A stretch of DNA of 50,093 bases from positions 417,291 through 467,383 of the IMG/VR virus record IMGVR_UViG_3300021431_002946, one strand, 5' to 3'. Each line of letters begins with the position of its first letter. Position 1 is the first letter of the stretch. Positions 1-8,688 of this stretch are shown here, one piece after another. Below the pieces are notes generated by a model. It was not told the DNA's origin and made no database searches. It worked only from the letters and a program-made list of their open reading frames with translations. A program made the translations under genes and the position numbers. The stretch comes from a virus (taxonomy: Duplodnaviria; Heunggongvirae; Uroviricota; Caudoviricetes).

Positions 1-156
1 TGGGAAGCTTGGCAAAAAAATGTTTTAGAGTCTTGGGAAGATATTTGTAAGTATAGTATTACTGATGAACAAACTTCTCTTACAGTTATTGAATCTATTT
101 GGTTTGCTATGCAAGATATTCCTGACATTATAAAAAATGTTTTACAAATTGAATAA
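1..156 (+). CDS. 3' end of hypothetical protein (runs off window start)
   Basis: Frame 1 open from base 1 (WEAWQKNVLESWEDICKY...VLQIE) to TAA at 154-156. Confidence 0.7.
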   Translation, partial: WEAWQKNVLESWEDICKYSITDEQTSLTVIESIWFAMQDIPDIIKNVLQIE

Positions 157-168
157 AAGTATTCATAA

Positions 169-187
169 GAGGCTATTTAATAATAAT
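169..187 (+). promoter_or_regulatory. element-specific motif copy (GAGGCTATTTAATAATAAT)
   Basis: Core CTATTTAAT at 173-181, intergenic; matches motif repeated ~10 times in window. Confidence 0.55.
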
Positions 188-198
188 GGATGATGAAA

Positions 199-230
199 AA
201 TGCCTAGCCAATATGGTTAGGCATTATTTT
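199..230 (+). terminator. hairpin / intrinsic terminator
   Basis: AATGCCTAGCCA-ATA-TGGTTAGGCATT followed by T tract. Confidence 0.6.
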
Positions 231-245
231 TAAAAGGAGAACAGT

Positions 246-740
246 ATGGTATTAAATAGTGAAACATTTAAATCATTTATTAACACTATAGATTGTTATA
301 AAAAAGAAATTGATTTAATGACCAAAAGTTATGGTTGGGTAGGCTTAGGAGATGGAAATAATATCTATCTTTATATGGAATCAAAAGCATTTAAAGAAAA
401 ATCTTTAGCATTATTTGGTTCAAATATTAAATATACAGATGATTCAATGATAGCAACACATAGAACTTTTCAGTGGATAAATAAGATTGGTTTTATTAAA
501 ACTAAAGATTTAACTGAGACTGTAATAAACAGATTAGAACAAATGAGCATGACATATGAGTCTTTAACTAATTATTTTGATGGATCATATGTATCATTTT
601 ATATAACTAGTGACAAAATTATGCTTATTTTAAATACTCCAGACACTGACGCTACTAAAAAAATTGTAGAAAACTATTATAAAACAAAAATAGATAATAA
701 TGTATATGAAACTGAAAATTTGACTATTTACATTCAATAA
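246..740 (+). CDS. hypothetical protein
   Basis: 164 aa ORF, AAGGAG RBS. Confidence 0.8.
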   Translation: MVLNSETFKSFINTIDCYKKEIDLMTKSYGWVGLGDGNNIYLYMESKAFKEKSLALFGSNIKYTDDSMIATHRTFQWINKIGFIKTKDLTETVINRLEQMSMTYESLTNYFDGSYVSFYITSDKIMLILNTPDTDATKKIVENYYKTKIDNNVYETENLTIYIQ

Positions 741-754
741 ATTTATGATATAAT
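727..754 (+). promoter_or_regulatory. sigmaA-like promoter
   Basis: TTTACA-N16-TATAAT with extended TG. Confidence 0.55.
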
Positions 755-783
755 AAAAAATAAAAAAGGAGAATTCAAATAAT

Positions 784-1587
784 ATGAATCTAGATGAAAA
801 GAAGTATGTAGATGTATTTGTAGATTTTGTAAAAGAGGGTAAATTATCTCATCCTTCAAATGATATTGAATACGAGTATGTTATAAGAAAAATACCTCCT
901 GTACGAGTAAATGGATTTAAAGCATATTTAAGAAGCTGTTCTCTTAGACCAGAATTAGAAGATCTTGATGCTTATGATAGATGGTATGATGATCTAACTA
1001 TTGATAAAATTGCAAAAGAAGATTTTGCAAGATGGAATCTTTTAGAAGAAAAAATTACTATTCAATATGGTTGGGAACATTCTATTGCAAATAATATTTA
1101 TAAAGCAGCAAAAGAATATGTTAATGATGCAGAAAAATTGAATTTGTATGATAATAACATTTATGTTGGATATGAATTTTCAGCAAGAGGTATACAAGTA
1201 TTTTTCTATGCTCCTAAAAATGTTGAATTATGCAAAACTTGTAAAAATGGTGTAGGTTCAGCAAAAGTAGAAGTTAATAATGCTTTTAATGCTTTTATTA
1301 GTAAAGCTGAAAAGATTTTACAAGAATATAAGCAAATTGCAAATAGTCAAGGCATTTTTATTGATAAAAATATTAGTAGAATTGAAGTAGATAAAGAACT
1401 TGACGCAAATGGTAATATAATCAAGATTCCTGATCCTGATTATTATTGTGGTAGATGTTTTAGTATTAGTAAATACGATATTTCTTCAAATATTAATTCA
1501 GTAGAAGGTACATCTACATTTGATATTATGTTCTTCTCTATTGTAAAAGACGCATATACATCAAAACAACGTCCTCCTATTAAGTAA
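784..1587 (+). CDS. hypothetical protein
   Basis: 267 aa ORF, AAGGAG RBS. Confidence 0.8.
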   Translation: MNLDEKKYVDVFVDFVKEGKLSHPSNDIEYEYVIRKIPPVRVNGFKAYLRSCSLRPELEDLDAYDRWYDDLTIDKIAKEDFARWNLLEEKITIQYGWEHSIANNIYKAAKEYVNDAEKLNLYDNNIYVGYEFSARGIQVFFYAPKNVELCKTCKNGVGSAKVEVNNAFNAFISKAEKILQEYKQIANSQGIFIDKNISRIEVDKELDANGNIIKIPDPDYYCGRCFSISKYDISSNINSVEGTSTFDIMFFSIVKDAYTSKQRPPIK

Positions 1588-1593
1588 AAATTA

Positions 1594-1622
1594 TTTACAA
1601 GATAAGCAATATATGATATAAT
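1594..1622 (+). promoter_or_regulatory. sigmaA-like promoter of ligA N-half
   Basis: TTTACA-N17-TATAAT with extended TG. Confidence 0.7.
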
Positions 1623-1655
1623 TTAATTATTAAAAATTAAGGAGAATTATCCACA

Positions 1656-2747
1656 ATGACAAGAGAAGAGTATATTGCTAATATTGAGAAGTTAAACTAT
1701 TATACAAAGAAGTATGATGAAGGTAATCCTGAAATCTCAGATGAGGAATGGGATGCACTTTATTTTGATTGCTGCCTCTATGAACAGGAAACAGGTTACA
1801 TTGATCCTAAGTCTCCTTCATCTACAATTCAGTATGATGTTCAGAACGCTCTTAAGAAAGTAACACATAATCATCCTATGCTTTCTCTTTCTAAGACAAA
1901 GGATATTAATGTTATTACAGCTTGGGTAAAGAGAAAGAAAACAATTGTAATGCTTAAGATGGATGGTCTTACTTGTTCACTTAAGTATGAAAATGGTAAA
2001 CTTGTATCTGCTGAGACAAGAGGTAATGGTACTATAGGTGAAGATATTACACAGAATGTAAAAGTAGTACCTTCTATTCCTAAGACAATTCCTTGCAAAG
2101 ATACTGTTATTGTTGATGGTGAGATCATTTGCAAATATAATGATTTTGAAGAATTCATAACTGAGTATAAAAATCCTAGAAACTTTGCATCAGGTTCAAT
2201 TCGACTTCTTGATACAAATGAAGTTGCAAAGAGAAAGCTTACATTTGTAGCTTGGGACCTCATCAATGATGAAGCAGACCTTGATAAAAAGCTTGATAAA
2301 GCAACAAAGCTTGGATTTGAAACTGTTATCTATGAGCTTACTGACATTGATCATCTTGAAGCGCAGCAAGAAAGAATGAAGCAGAAGGCTGCAGCAGCTA
2401 ATTATCCTATTGATGGTCTTGTATATAAGATCAATGACTATGCTGAATATATGGCTGAAGGTGTTAATGATCATGATTATGCAGGCGGAAAAGCTTTTAA
2501 GTTCTATGATCAGCTCTTTGAAACAAAGTTGATCGATATTGAATGGTCAGTTGGTAAGACTGGTACAATTACGCCTATTGCAATCTTTGAGCCAGTTCAT
2601 ATTGAAGGTTCAACTGTTCAGAAAGCTTGTATGCACAATTTGACAATTATGAAAGATTTGCTTGGTAATAATCCTCATGCAGGTCAGAAATTATGGGTAT
2701 TCAAGGCTAACATGATTATTCCTCAGATTAAGAGAGCTGAAAAGTAA
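1656..2747 (+). CDS. ligA: NAD-dependent DNA ligase, N-terminal half (domain Ia, adenylation, OB fold)
   Basis: ISDEEWDAL, HPMLSL, KMDG adenylation motif, TRGNG..GEDIT, NPRNFASGS, DGLVYK, VGKTGTITP, ends ANMIIPQI; lacks Zn finger/HhH/BRCT. Confidence 0.93.
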   Translation: MTREEYIANIEKLNYYTKKYDEGNPEISDEEWDALYFDCCLYEQETGYIDPKSPSSTIQYDVQNALKKVTHNHPMLSLSKTKDINVITAWVKRKKTIVMLKMDGLTCSLKYENGKLVSAETRGNGTIGEDITQNVKVVPSIPKTIPCKDTVIVDGEIICKYNDFEEFITEYKNPRNFASGSIRLLDTNEVAKRKLTFVAWDLINDEADLDKKLDKATKLGFETVIYELTDIDHLEAQQERMKQKAAAANYPIDGLVYKINDYAEYMAEGVNDHDYAGGKAFKFYDQLFETKLIDIEWSVGKTGTITPIAIFEPVHIEGSTVQKACMHNLTIMKDLLGNNPHAGQKLWVFKANMIIPQIKRAEK

Positions 2748-2780
2748 TAAAAGCACATTAAAATAAATTAGAATAAAAAT

Positions 2781-2812
2781 GGGAGCATCCTGGATTACTA
2801 GGGTGCTTCTTA
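2781..2812 (+). terminator. hairpin after ligA N-half
   Basis: GGAGCATCCTGG-ATTA-CTAGGGTGCTTC with G-U pairs; weak T tract. Confidence 0.5.
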
Positions 2813-2834
2813 TATTAAGAAAGGAAAAATTTAT

Positions 2835-2960
2835 ATGGATGTTGACCAATATAAAATATGTAAAAAATCTTTAATATCTTTCGGTATATTTGCTTTGTGT
2901 ATTTACCTTATTGCTTTTATATAATATAATTATTATTTAAAGGTAAATACATATGTTTAA
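2835..2960 (+). CDS. 41 aa single-TM peptide (not in ORF track)
   Basis: AAAGGA RBS; MDVDQYKICKKSLISFGIFALCIYLIAFIYNNYYLKVNTYV; stop overlaps next start. Confidence 0.5.
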
Positions 2961-3693
2961 ATGTAAGATATGTGGACGACAATTTAATCAAAATTATAAT
3001 TTGAATAGACATCTACAAGATGTTCATAAATCATCACCACATTATATACAAGATGATGATCCAAATTTATATAATTTTATTTTTTATATGATAAAAAATA
3101 AAGTTAATAATATGCGATATGTTGGTGCTACTACTCAAAATTCAGTAAAGAAAAGATGGAAGAATGGTAAAGGTTATTCATTTAATAAAGAATTTACTGA
3201 TGATATAAAGTATTATGGTGTTGATAATTTTGAGTTAATTGAATTAGAAAGAAAAACATGTACTGTATATGTTGCTAAAAGATTAGAAGAAGAATATATT
3301 GATAAGTATAAACCTGAATATAATAAAAGCAGATGTGGTATAAAAATAATGTCTCCTAAAATGACATTAGCTGCTCAAAGAAAGTTAAGTAATATACCAG
3401 GTTGGTATGAAAATAATATTAATTCTTGTCGTAAATGGCAAAAGAATAATCCAAATGAAGTTAAAAAAATTGCGCAAAAAAGAAGTATAGCTGGTGCTCA
3501 TTCAAAAGGCAGACCTATTATTTGTATTGAGACTGGAATAATCTATCCTTCTTCAAATAAAGCTGCTCAGATATTAGGAATAAGTCCATCTAAAATATCT
3601 GAATGCTGTAGAGGAAAATCTAAATCTTATAAAAATCAACATTGGAAATTTGTTGATGAAATAGAGGAGAACAATTTAAATGATGAGGACTGA
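2953..3693 (+). CDS. GIY-YIG homing endonuclease-like protein with N-terminal C2H2 finger and C-terminal NUMOD1-like HTH
   Basis: CKICGRQF...LNRHLQDVH; IFYMIKNKVNNMRYVGAT..KKRW; RPIICIETGIIYPSSNKAAQILGI..ISECCRG. Confidence 0.82.
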   Translation: MFKCKICGRQFNQNYNLNRHLQDVHKSSPHYIQDDDPNLYNFIFYMIKNKVNNMRYVGATTQNSVKKRWKNGKGYSFNKEFTDDIKYYGVDNFELIELERKTCTVYVAKRLEEEYIDKYKPEYNKSRCGIKIMSPKMTLAAQRKLSNIPGWYENNINSCRKWQKNNPNEVKKIAQKRSIAGAHSKGRPIICIETGIIYPSSNKAAQILGISPSKISECCRGKSKSYKNQHWKFVDEIEENNLNDED

Positions 3694-4141
3694 ATTACAA
3701 GAAATCCGGTATTTTGCTAGAGATATTGTTAGCGATTATACCATGCTAAAAATGCAACAACATATACATCACAAAAAATTAAGTGTATTTGATCATAGTT
3801 TATCTGTTGCAGTATTATCAGTAAAATATGCAAATTTTTTAAATAAACTATTTCATATTAAATTTGATAAGAAAAGTTTGATTAGAGGCGCAATGTTACA
3901 TGATTATTTTTTATATGATTGGCATGAACCTCATCATAAATTCCATGGATTTACACATCCAAAAATAGCATATAATAATGCTATAAATAATTTTAAAGTA
4001 AATAAGATAGAAAAGGATATAATAAAAAAGCATATGTTTCCTTTGACACCTTTTCCACCAACTAAACGAGAAAGTATTATAGTTTGTATAGCAGATAAGG
4101 TTTGTGCAATACGAGAATATCTAAATAAGAAAGCTAAATAG
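3680..4141 (+). CDS. HD-domain phosphohydrolase
   Basis: FDHSLSVA, GAMLHDYFLYDWH, HGFTHP, HMFPLT, IADK. Confidence 0.88.
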   Translation: MMRTELQEIRYFARDIVSDYTMLKMQQHIHHKKLSVFDHSLSVAVLSVKYANFLNKLFHIKFDKKSLIRGAMLHDYFLYDWHEPHHKFHGFTHPKIAYNNAINNFKVNKIEKDIIKKHMFPLTPFPPTKRESIIVCIADKVCAIREYLNKKAK

Positions 4142-4142
4142 T

Positions 4143-4247
4143 CTTGCTCATTTTGTAAAAGACTATTATAGATTAGACCGTTTTGAAACTCTTGATGAAG
4201 CAATTGAAGCACTAGAAAAATATTTGATTAAAAATAAAGAATATTAA
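4143..4247 (+). pseudogene. possible headless gene remnant
   Basis: Protein-like frame LAHFVKDYYRLDRFETLDEAIEALEKYLIKNKEY* with no start codon or RBS. Confidence 0.3.
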
Positions 4248-4304
4248 CTACAAAAATAAAAAATATTATAGTTTTAAATTATTTAAAAAAAAGGAGTATA
4301 AAAT

Positions 4305-4679
4305 ATGTTTAATATAAGACACGGAATGTTTGAAACCAATAGCTCAAGTGTACATAAATTAGTAATAATGAAAACATCTGATTTTAAATCTTGGGCAAAA
4401 GATATTGATGAATATGGAACTTTAGAAGATATTATGTTTTGGGATAGCTTTGAAAGTGGTCAAACTCCAGAAACTCAAAAATTTAAATCTGGATCTGAAT
4501 TTATAGAAGAAATGATTAAAGAAGGTTGGAAAAGAGAAGAAATTGAAAAGACAGATCTTATTGATTTTGCAGCAAATAATGATTATTTTACATTTGAAAA
4601 TACAGTAAATGATTATGAATATGATAGTGTAACACAAGGAGATATTACTGCGTTTAGTTATAGTGGTTGGGATGGTTAA
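4305..4679 (+). CDS. acidic protein with N-terminal RxGxFETNSS motif
   Basis: MFNIRHGMFETNSSSVH; AAGGAG RBS. Confidence 0.8.
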   Translation: MFNIRHGMFETNSSSVHKLVIMKTSDFKSWAKDIDEYGTLEDIMFWDSFESGQTPETQKFKSGSEFIEEMIKEGWKREEIEKTDLIDFAANNDYFTFENTVNDYEYDSVTQGDITAFSYSGWDG

Positions 4680-4691
4680 AGGAGGAATAAT

Positions 4692-5366
4692 ATGATACAA
4701 GCTAGAATTGGAGCATTTGAAACTAATAGTTCAACATATTGTTCATTATATGTAATGGTTGCTCAAGTTGAAGGTTTAAATATTCCTCCTATTGTTAAAT
4801 TTGAGTCAGGTGGTTCTTGGTCTGATGATGGCTTAAAATGGATATATTGGAGAGCTGAATATGCTAATGAATTAGATAAATTATTTGGTTTATTAAAACA
4901 TTCAGGAGTTAAAGAAATATTTGTTGATAATAAACCTATTGAAGGTGAATATAATGATTGGCATACAAAATTTATGCCTGAAGTTTGTATATTAGCAAAA
5001 TGTTTTGGTGATTTTAAAACTTATGCAGAATGGGATGGTTCAGGCGATGAATGGGAAAATACATCATTTTTAAAGCCTTCAGAAATATTAGCAATTCAAA
5101 ATAAGATTAAAGATCCAAATTATGAAGTTATTTGTACTGATGGAGCTGAAGATAATCCTGAAATAATTGATTTTCCATATATTGATAGAAAAATAACTAA
5201 TGAAGATTTGGAACGAGAAAGAAAAGCAAGACAATACAAAAATGAACCAGATCTATGGATTCCTCAAGATGAAACTGAATTAATTGAAGATACTGAACCT
5301 GAAGATCCATATGATACTTATACAAATAAAATAAAAGATAAAGAAAATAAAAATCGTAAGAAATAA
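4692..5366 (+). CDS. acidic protein with N-terminal RxGxFETNSS motif
   Basis: MIQARIGAFETNSSTY; GGAGG RBS. Confidence 0.8.
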   Translation: MIQARIGAFETNSSTYCSLYVMVAQVEGLNIPPIVKFESGGSWSDDGLKWIYWRAEYANELDKLFGLLKHSGVKEIFVDNKPIEGEYNDWHTKFMPEVCILAKCFGDFKTYAEWDGSGDEWENTSFLKPSEILAIQNKIKDPNYEVICTDGAEDNPEIIDFPYIDRKITNEDLERERKARQYKNEPDLWIPQDETELIEDTEPEDPYDTYTNKIKDKENKNRKK

Positions 5367-5375
5367 GGAGTTTTT

Positions 5376-5615
5376 ATGGTAAAATATGCAGTAGGAAACT
5401 ATAATCCTGCAAATCCAGAAGTAGTAGATTTAAAATCATTAATGTATTTTAATTCTTTATTTCAAGCTGAAATGTATTATATAGATAACTATATAATGCG
5501 ATTTGATAATTCTAAAATTTGTAAAGCAATTTTTACAATTTGTAATAATAGAATTGTAAATGCAGATTATTATAATTTTAAGAGAACAAGTTTAGATATA
5601 AATATTTACAAATGA
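5376..5615 (+). CDS. hypothetical protein
   Basis: 79 aa, AAGGAG RBS. Confidence 0.7.
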   Translation: MVKYAVGNYNPANPEVVDLKSLMYFNSLFQAEMYYIDNYIMRFDNSKICKAIFTICNNRIVNADYYNFKRTSLDINIYK

Positions 5616-5653
5616 CCTATTACTATATATAATATATGTATGAGGTAAATAAT

Positions 5654-5842
5654 ATGGATCAAGCATTTAGAAATCAAATGATTTTTGCAAATGTAGTTAA
5701 TGCAATTATTGAAGCAATAATTGTACTTTTATTAGTTTTATTTAGCGCACCAAATGTAGCATTAACATTTATAACTATATATTCTTTAATTTTTGGAGTA
5801 TGTATAGGATTAGGTTTTTTATTTAGAAATATTATAAAATAA
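5654..5842 (+). CDS. small two-TM membrane protein
   Basis: GAGGT RBS favours start at 5654 (MDQAF); two hydrophobic helices. Confidence 0.7.
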   Translation: MDQAFRNQMIFANVVNAIIEAIIVLLLVLFSAPNVALTFITIYSLIFGVCIGLGFLFRNIIK

Positions 5843-5861
5843 GAGAGGAAATTTTTAAAAA

Positions 5862-6773
5862 ATGAAATTATTAGCTAAATATCAAAATGGTAATTATACA
5901 GTTAAGATTTATGATGATGGAACTAAAATAAGATATAATGACCTTGATAATTTGACTCCTGCATTTGCAGAGAGCATGGATGTTACAATCACTGAAAAAT
6001 GTGATGGTGGGTGTGAGTATTGTTATCTAGGATGCACAATGAAAGGAAAGCATGCTGATTTGAATAATCCTATATTAGATACAGTTCATGCAGGAACAGA
6101 GATGGCAATTAATGCAAATGATTGTTCTCATCCTCAATTAGATGAATTTCTTGAAAGAATGAAGAGTAAAGGTGTTATTGTAAATATGACAATAAATCAA
6201 AAGCATCTTCATAAAAATCTTGATAGACTTAAGAATTGGCAGAATAATCAACTAGTTTGGGGTATTGGTGTATCTCTTACTGATTCATCAGATCCAAATT
6301 TAATTACTGATATAAAGCAACTTAAGAATGTTGTTCTTCATGTAATTGATGGTTGTTTTTCAAAAGAAGATATTGAAAATCTTAAAGGTCATGATATAAA
6401 ACTTCTTATTCTTGGTTTTAAACATAAAGGTAGAGGTATAGATTATTATAATACTCATAAAGATGAAGTAGATAATAATATTGCATTCCTTAGAGATCAT
6501 TTGTATGATTATAAACAAGATTTTGGCGGGTTTGGTTTTGATAATTTAGCAATTGAAGATCTTGAAATGATTAAAAAGGTAGCACCAGAACAATGGTCAC
6601 TGTATCATATGGGATCTGAGGGAGAATTTACATATTTTTTAGATTTAGTTAATAATAAATACGCTGTTTCTTCTATGGAAACTGAAAATATATTTCCAAT
6701 AGAAGAAAATGATACTTTAGATACAATGTTTAAACATATTAGAAAAATACAAGGATTTGATAAGGAGAATTAA
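5862..6773 (+). CDS. radical SAM protein
   Basis: CDGGCEYC = CxxxCxxC [4Fe-4S] motif after ESMDVTIT. Confidence 0.88.
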   Translation: MKLLAKYQNGNYTVKIYDDGTKIRYNDLDNLTPAFAESMDVTITEKCDGGCEYCYLGCTMKGKHADLNNPILDTVHAGTEMAINANDCSHPQLDEFLERMKSKGVIVNMTINQKHLHKNLDRLKNWQNNQLVWGIGVSLTDSSDPNLITDIKQLKNVVLHVIDGCFSKEDIENLKGHDIKLLILGFKHKGRGIDYYNTHKDEVDNNIAFLRDHLYDYKQDFGGFGFDNLAIEDLEMIKKVAPEQWSLYHMGSEGEFTYFLDLVNNKYAVSSMETENIFPIEENDTLDTMFKHIRKIQGFDKEN

Positions 6774-6775
6774 TT

Positions 6776-7018
6776 ATGAGTACAATTAAATGGTTACCAA
6801 CTGCAACAATAAATAATGAATCAGGCGTAACTGTAGTAGGTACTCCAGGTAATGGAGTTGCTTTTTACGAAAGACTATTTAATATATAATAGAGATAAGG
6901 TACTCCAGGTAATGGAGTTGCTTTCCATACAGAAATAGTAAAAATTGGAGATTATGATTATTTAGTTGCTATACCTCATAGTGATAAAATGCTTCCTAAA
7001 ATAATGAGGAAATTATAA
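6776..7018 (+). pseudogene. small ORF interrupted by a 60 bp in-frame duplication/insertion carrying stops
   Basis: MSTIKWLPTATINNESGVTVVGTPGNGVAF then stops; removing one 60 bp unit continues HTEIVKIGDYDYLVAIPHSDKMLPKIMRKL*. Confidence 0.6.
6838..6924. repeat. 27 bp palindromic direct repeat x2 with 33 bp spacer
   Basis: AGGTACTCCAGGTAATGGAGTTGCTTT at 6838-6864 and 6898-6924; ACTCCA/TGGAGT stem. Confidence 0.9.
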
Positions 7019-7052
7019 GAAAAATACAAGGATTTGAAAAAGGAGAATAATT

Positions 7053-7379
7053 ATGTTAGTAGTTGTAGAAATTTATGGCAGTAATTTAATTAAAGTTTGT
7101 GAAGTTTCAGATTTATCAGTTGAGTCTATTCTTGATGTAATGAATGATGATTCTAGTGGGCCTAGTTTTTTTAGCCCAGATCTTGTAGATCAAAAAGAAG
7201 CTCAAATAGATAAATGGTATGATTTAATTGATTTAGATGATATTGATGAAGAAGATGAAGACATATATGATGAAGACGGTAATATAATGCCTGATGCAGA
7301 TTTTAGTAGTTGTGACACTATTGGAACTTTTAAAGTTTTAACTGGAAAATCAGTTTTAATTGAAGGTGAACTCTATTAA
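7053..7379 (+). CDS. very acidic hypothetical protein
   Basis: 108 aa, D/E-rich, AAGGAG RBS. Confidence 0.75.
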   Translation: MLVVVEIYGSNLIKVCEVSDLSVESILDVMNDDSSGPSFFSPDLVDQKEAQIDKWYDLIDLDDIDEEDEDIYDEDGNIMPDADFSSCDTIGTFKVLTGKSVLIEGELY

Positions 7380-7403
7380 TAAAAATAAAATATAGTAAAA
7401 AAC

Positions 7404-7434
7404 AAAAGAGTGATTTAAATATCACTCTTTTTTT
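7404..7434 (+). terminator. intrinsic terminator
   Basis: AAAAGAGTGAT/ATCACTCTTTT stem plus T tract. Confidence 0.8.
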
Positions 7435-7502
7435 ATTAAAAATTATTTACATTAGATATGTTTATATAATATAATATAAAAAGTAAAAATTGGAGAAGAA
7501 TT

Positions 7503-8099
7503 ATGAATATAGATAGATTTAGACAAGCTCAAGCAAATGCTAATGCACAATTAGATTATAATGCTCAGTGGGTAAAGAATTTTTTTAATCAAGTTACGAG
7601 TTATTGGATTAATTACGTTATTGGATTGATAAATCAAATTCAAGATAAATATTTAGATAGTATTATTACTAATAAAATTAAAAAAGAGCCTAATGCAGAA
7701 ACATTGCAATTAATTCAATCTATCCATGCTCCATTATTAGTATTTGATGATATAAAATATAATAATGTATTATATTATAATTATATAAAACATCCAGATA
7801 TATTTAATACTAAGCCTAATAATACAGATTTATGGAAAAATACTAATTTAAAATATGGATATAAAAATCATAGTATTATAGCTGCAAATTTAAAATATAC
7901 TGAATATGATAATGTTTCTTCATATAGAACAGAAATTACATTAAAATTTGATTATCAAACTGAATATGTAAATAGGTATTTTATACCTTGGATTCAAAAA
8001 AGATTAACTAACTATGGATTAAATATACTTGAAATTAATTGGAGTTGTGGAAATATTTATGTAACTATAAAAAATCCCGTATATGATACAAGGAGATAA
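7503..8099 (+). CDS. hypothetical protein, paralog of next gene
   Basis: MNIDRF..., DKYLD..I, YF.P.IQ..L.NYGL, ends KNP; TTTACA/TATAAT promoter at 7446-7475. Confidence 0.8.
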   Translation: MNIDRFRQAQANANAQLDYNAQWVKNFFNQVTSYWINYVIGLINQIQDKYLDSIITNKIKKEPNAETLQLIQSIHAPLLVFDDIKYNNVLYYNYIKHPDIFNTKPNNTDLWKNTNLKYGYKNHSIIAANLKYTEYDNVSSYRTEITLKFDYQTEYVNRYFIPWIQKRLTNYGLNILEINWSCGNIYVTIKNPVYDTRR

Positions 8100-8103
8100 A
8101 AAT

Positions 8104-8676
8104 ATGGATATTGAAAGATTTAATAATGTATATAAAGAAGAAACTAATAAAATTAGTAATAAAAGACAATATGCAACTGAAATTTTTATAGGAGTTTTAC
8201 AATTTTGGCATAAAACAATCTTAAAACAAATAGATAAAATTACAGATGAATATTTAGATAATACTATTGCAGAATGTATAAAAAAAGATCCTTACGCAAA
8301 AACATTTAAATTATATCAAACTTTAAATGTGCCGATTATATATAAGGATTGTATAAAATATAATTATGAATATAATAAGTTTAATTCGCTTTGGAAAAAT
8401 ACAATTGTGCAAGGTAAATGTGAAAATGTAGATATGAGTGTATTAAAAGAATTTGCATATGAAAATCATTATGCACTTGATCGTAGTGAAAAAGATAATT
8501 TTTATTATTTAAAATATTCCTTTACTGCTGAATATGCAACAAAATATTTTATGCCTGCAATACAATATAAATTATCAAATTATGGATTAACAATTGTTAC
8601 TTCATATGTAAGTGGTGGATATGATAATGAAAAGCCATTAATTTATGTAGAAGTTAAAAATCCATGTATAAAATGA
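8104..8676 (+). CDS. hypothetical protein, paralog of previous gene
   Basis: AGGAG RBS favours start 8104 (MDIERF); shared motifs with 7503..8099. Confidence 0.8.
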   Translation: MDIERFNNVYKEETNKISNKRQYATEIFIGVLQFWHKTILKQIDKITDEYLDNTIAECIKKDPYAKTFKLYQTLNVPIIYKDCIKYNYEYNKFNSLWKNTIVQGKCENVDMSVLKEFAYENHYALDRSEKDNFYYLKYSFTAEYATKYFMPAIQYKLSNYGLTIVTSYVSGGYDNEKPLIYVEVKNPCIK

Positions 8677-8688
8677 GGAAAATAATAA

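Larger units (their letters stand above)
6741..7055 (+). repeat. direct repeats flanking a small gene cassette
   Basis: AGAAAAATACAAGGATTTGA exact at 6741-6760 and 7018-7037, each continuing into AAGGAGAAT(T)AATTATG. Confidence 0.85.

Noticed and set aside
251-260. Reverse-strand copy of the element motif (also ~33796)
   Set aside because: Inside CDS, explained by Leu-Asn-Ser codons; flanks do not match
6838-6924. Bona fide CRISPR array
   Set aside because: Only two repeats, no cas genes or leader, and the repeat reads as part of an ORF; kept as repeat and finding only
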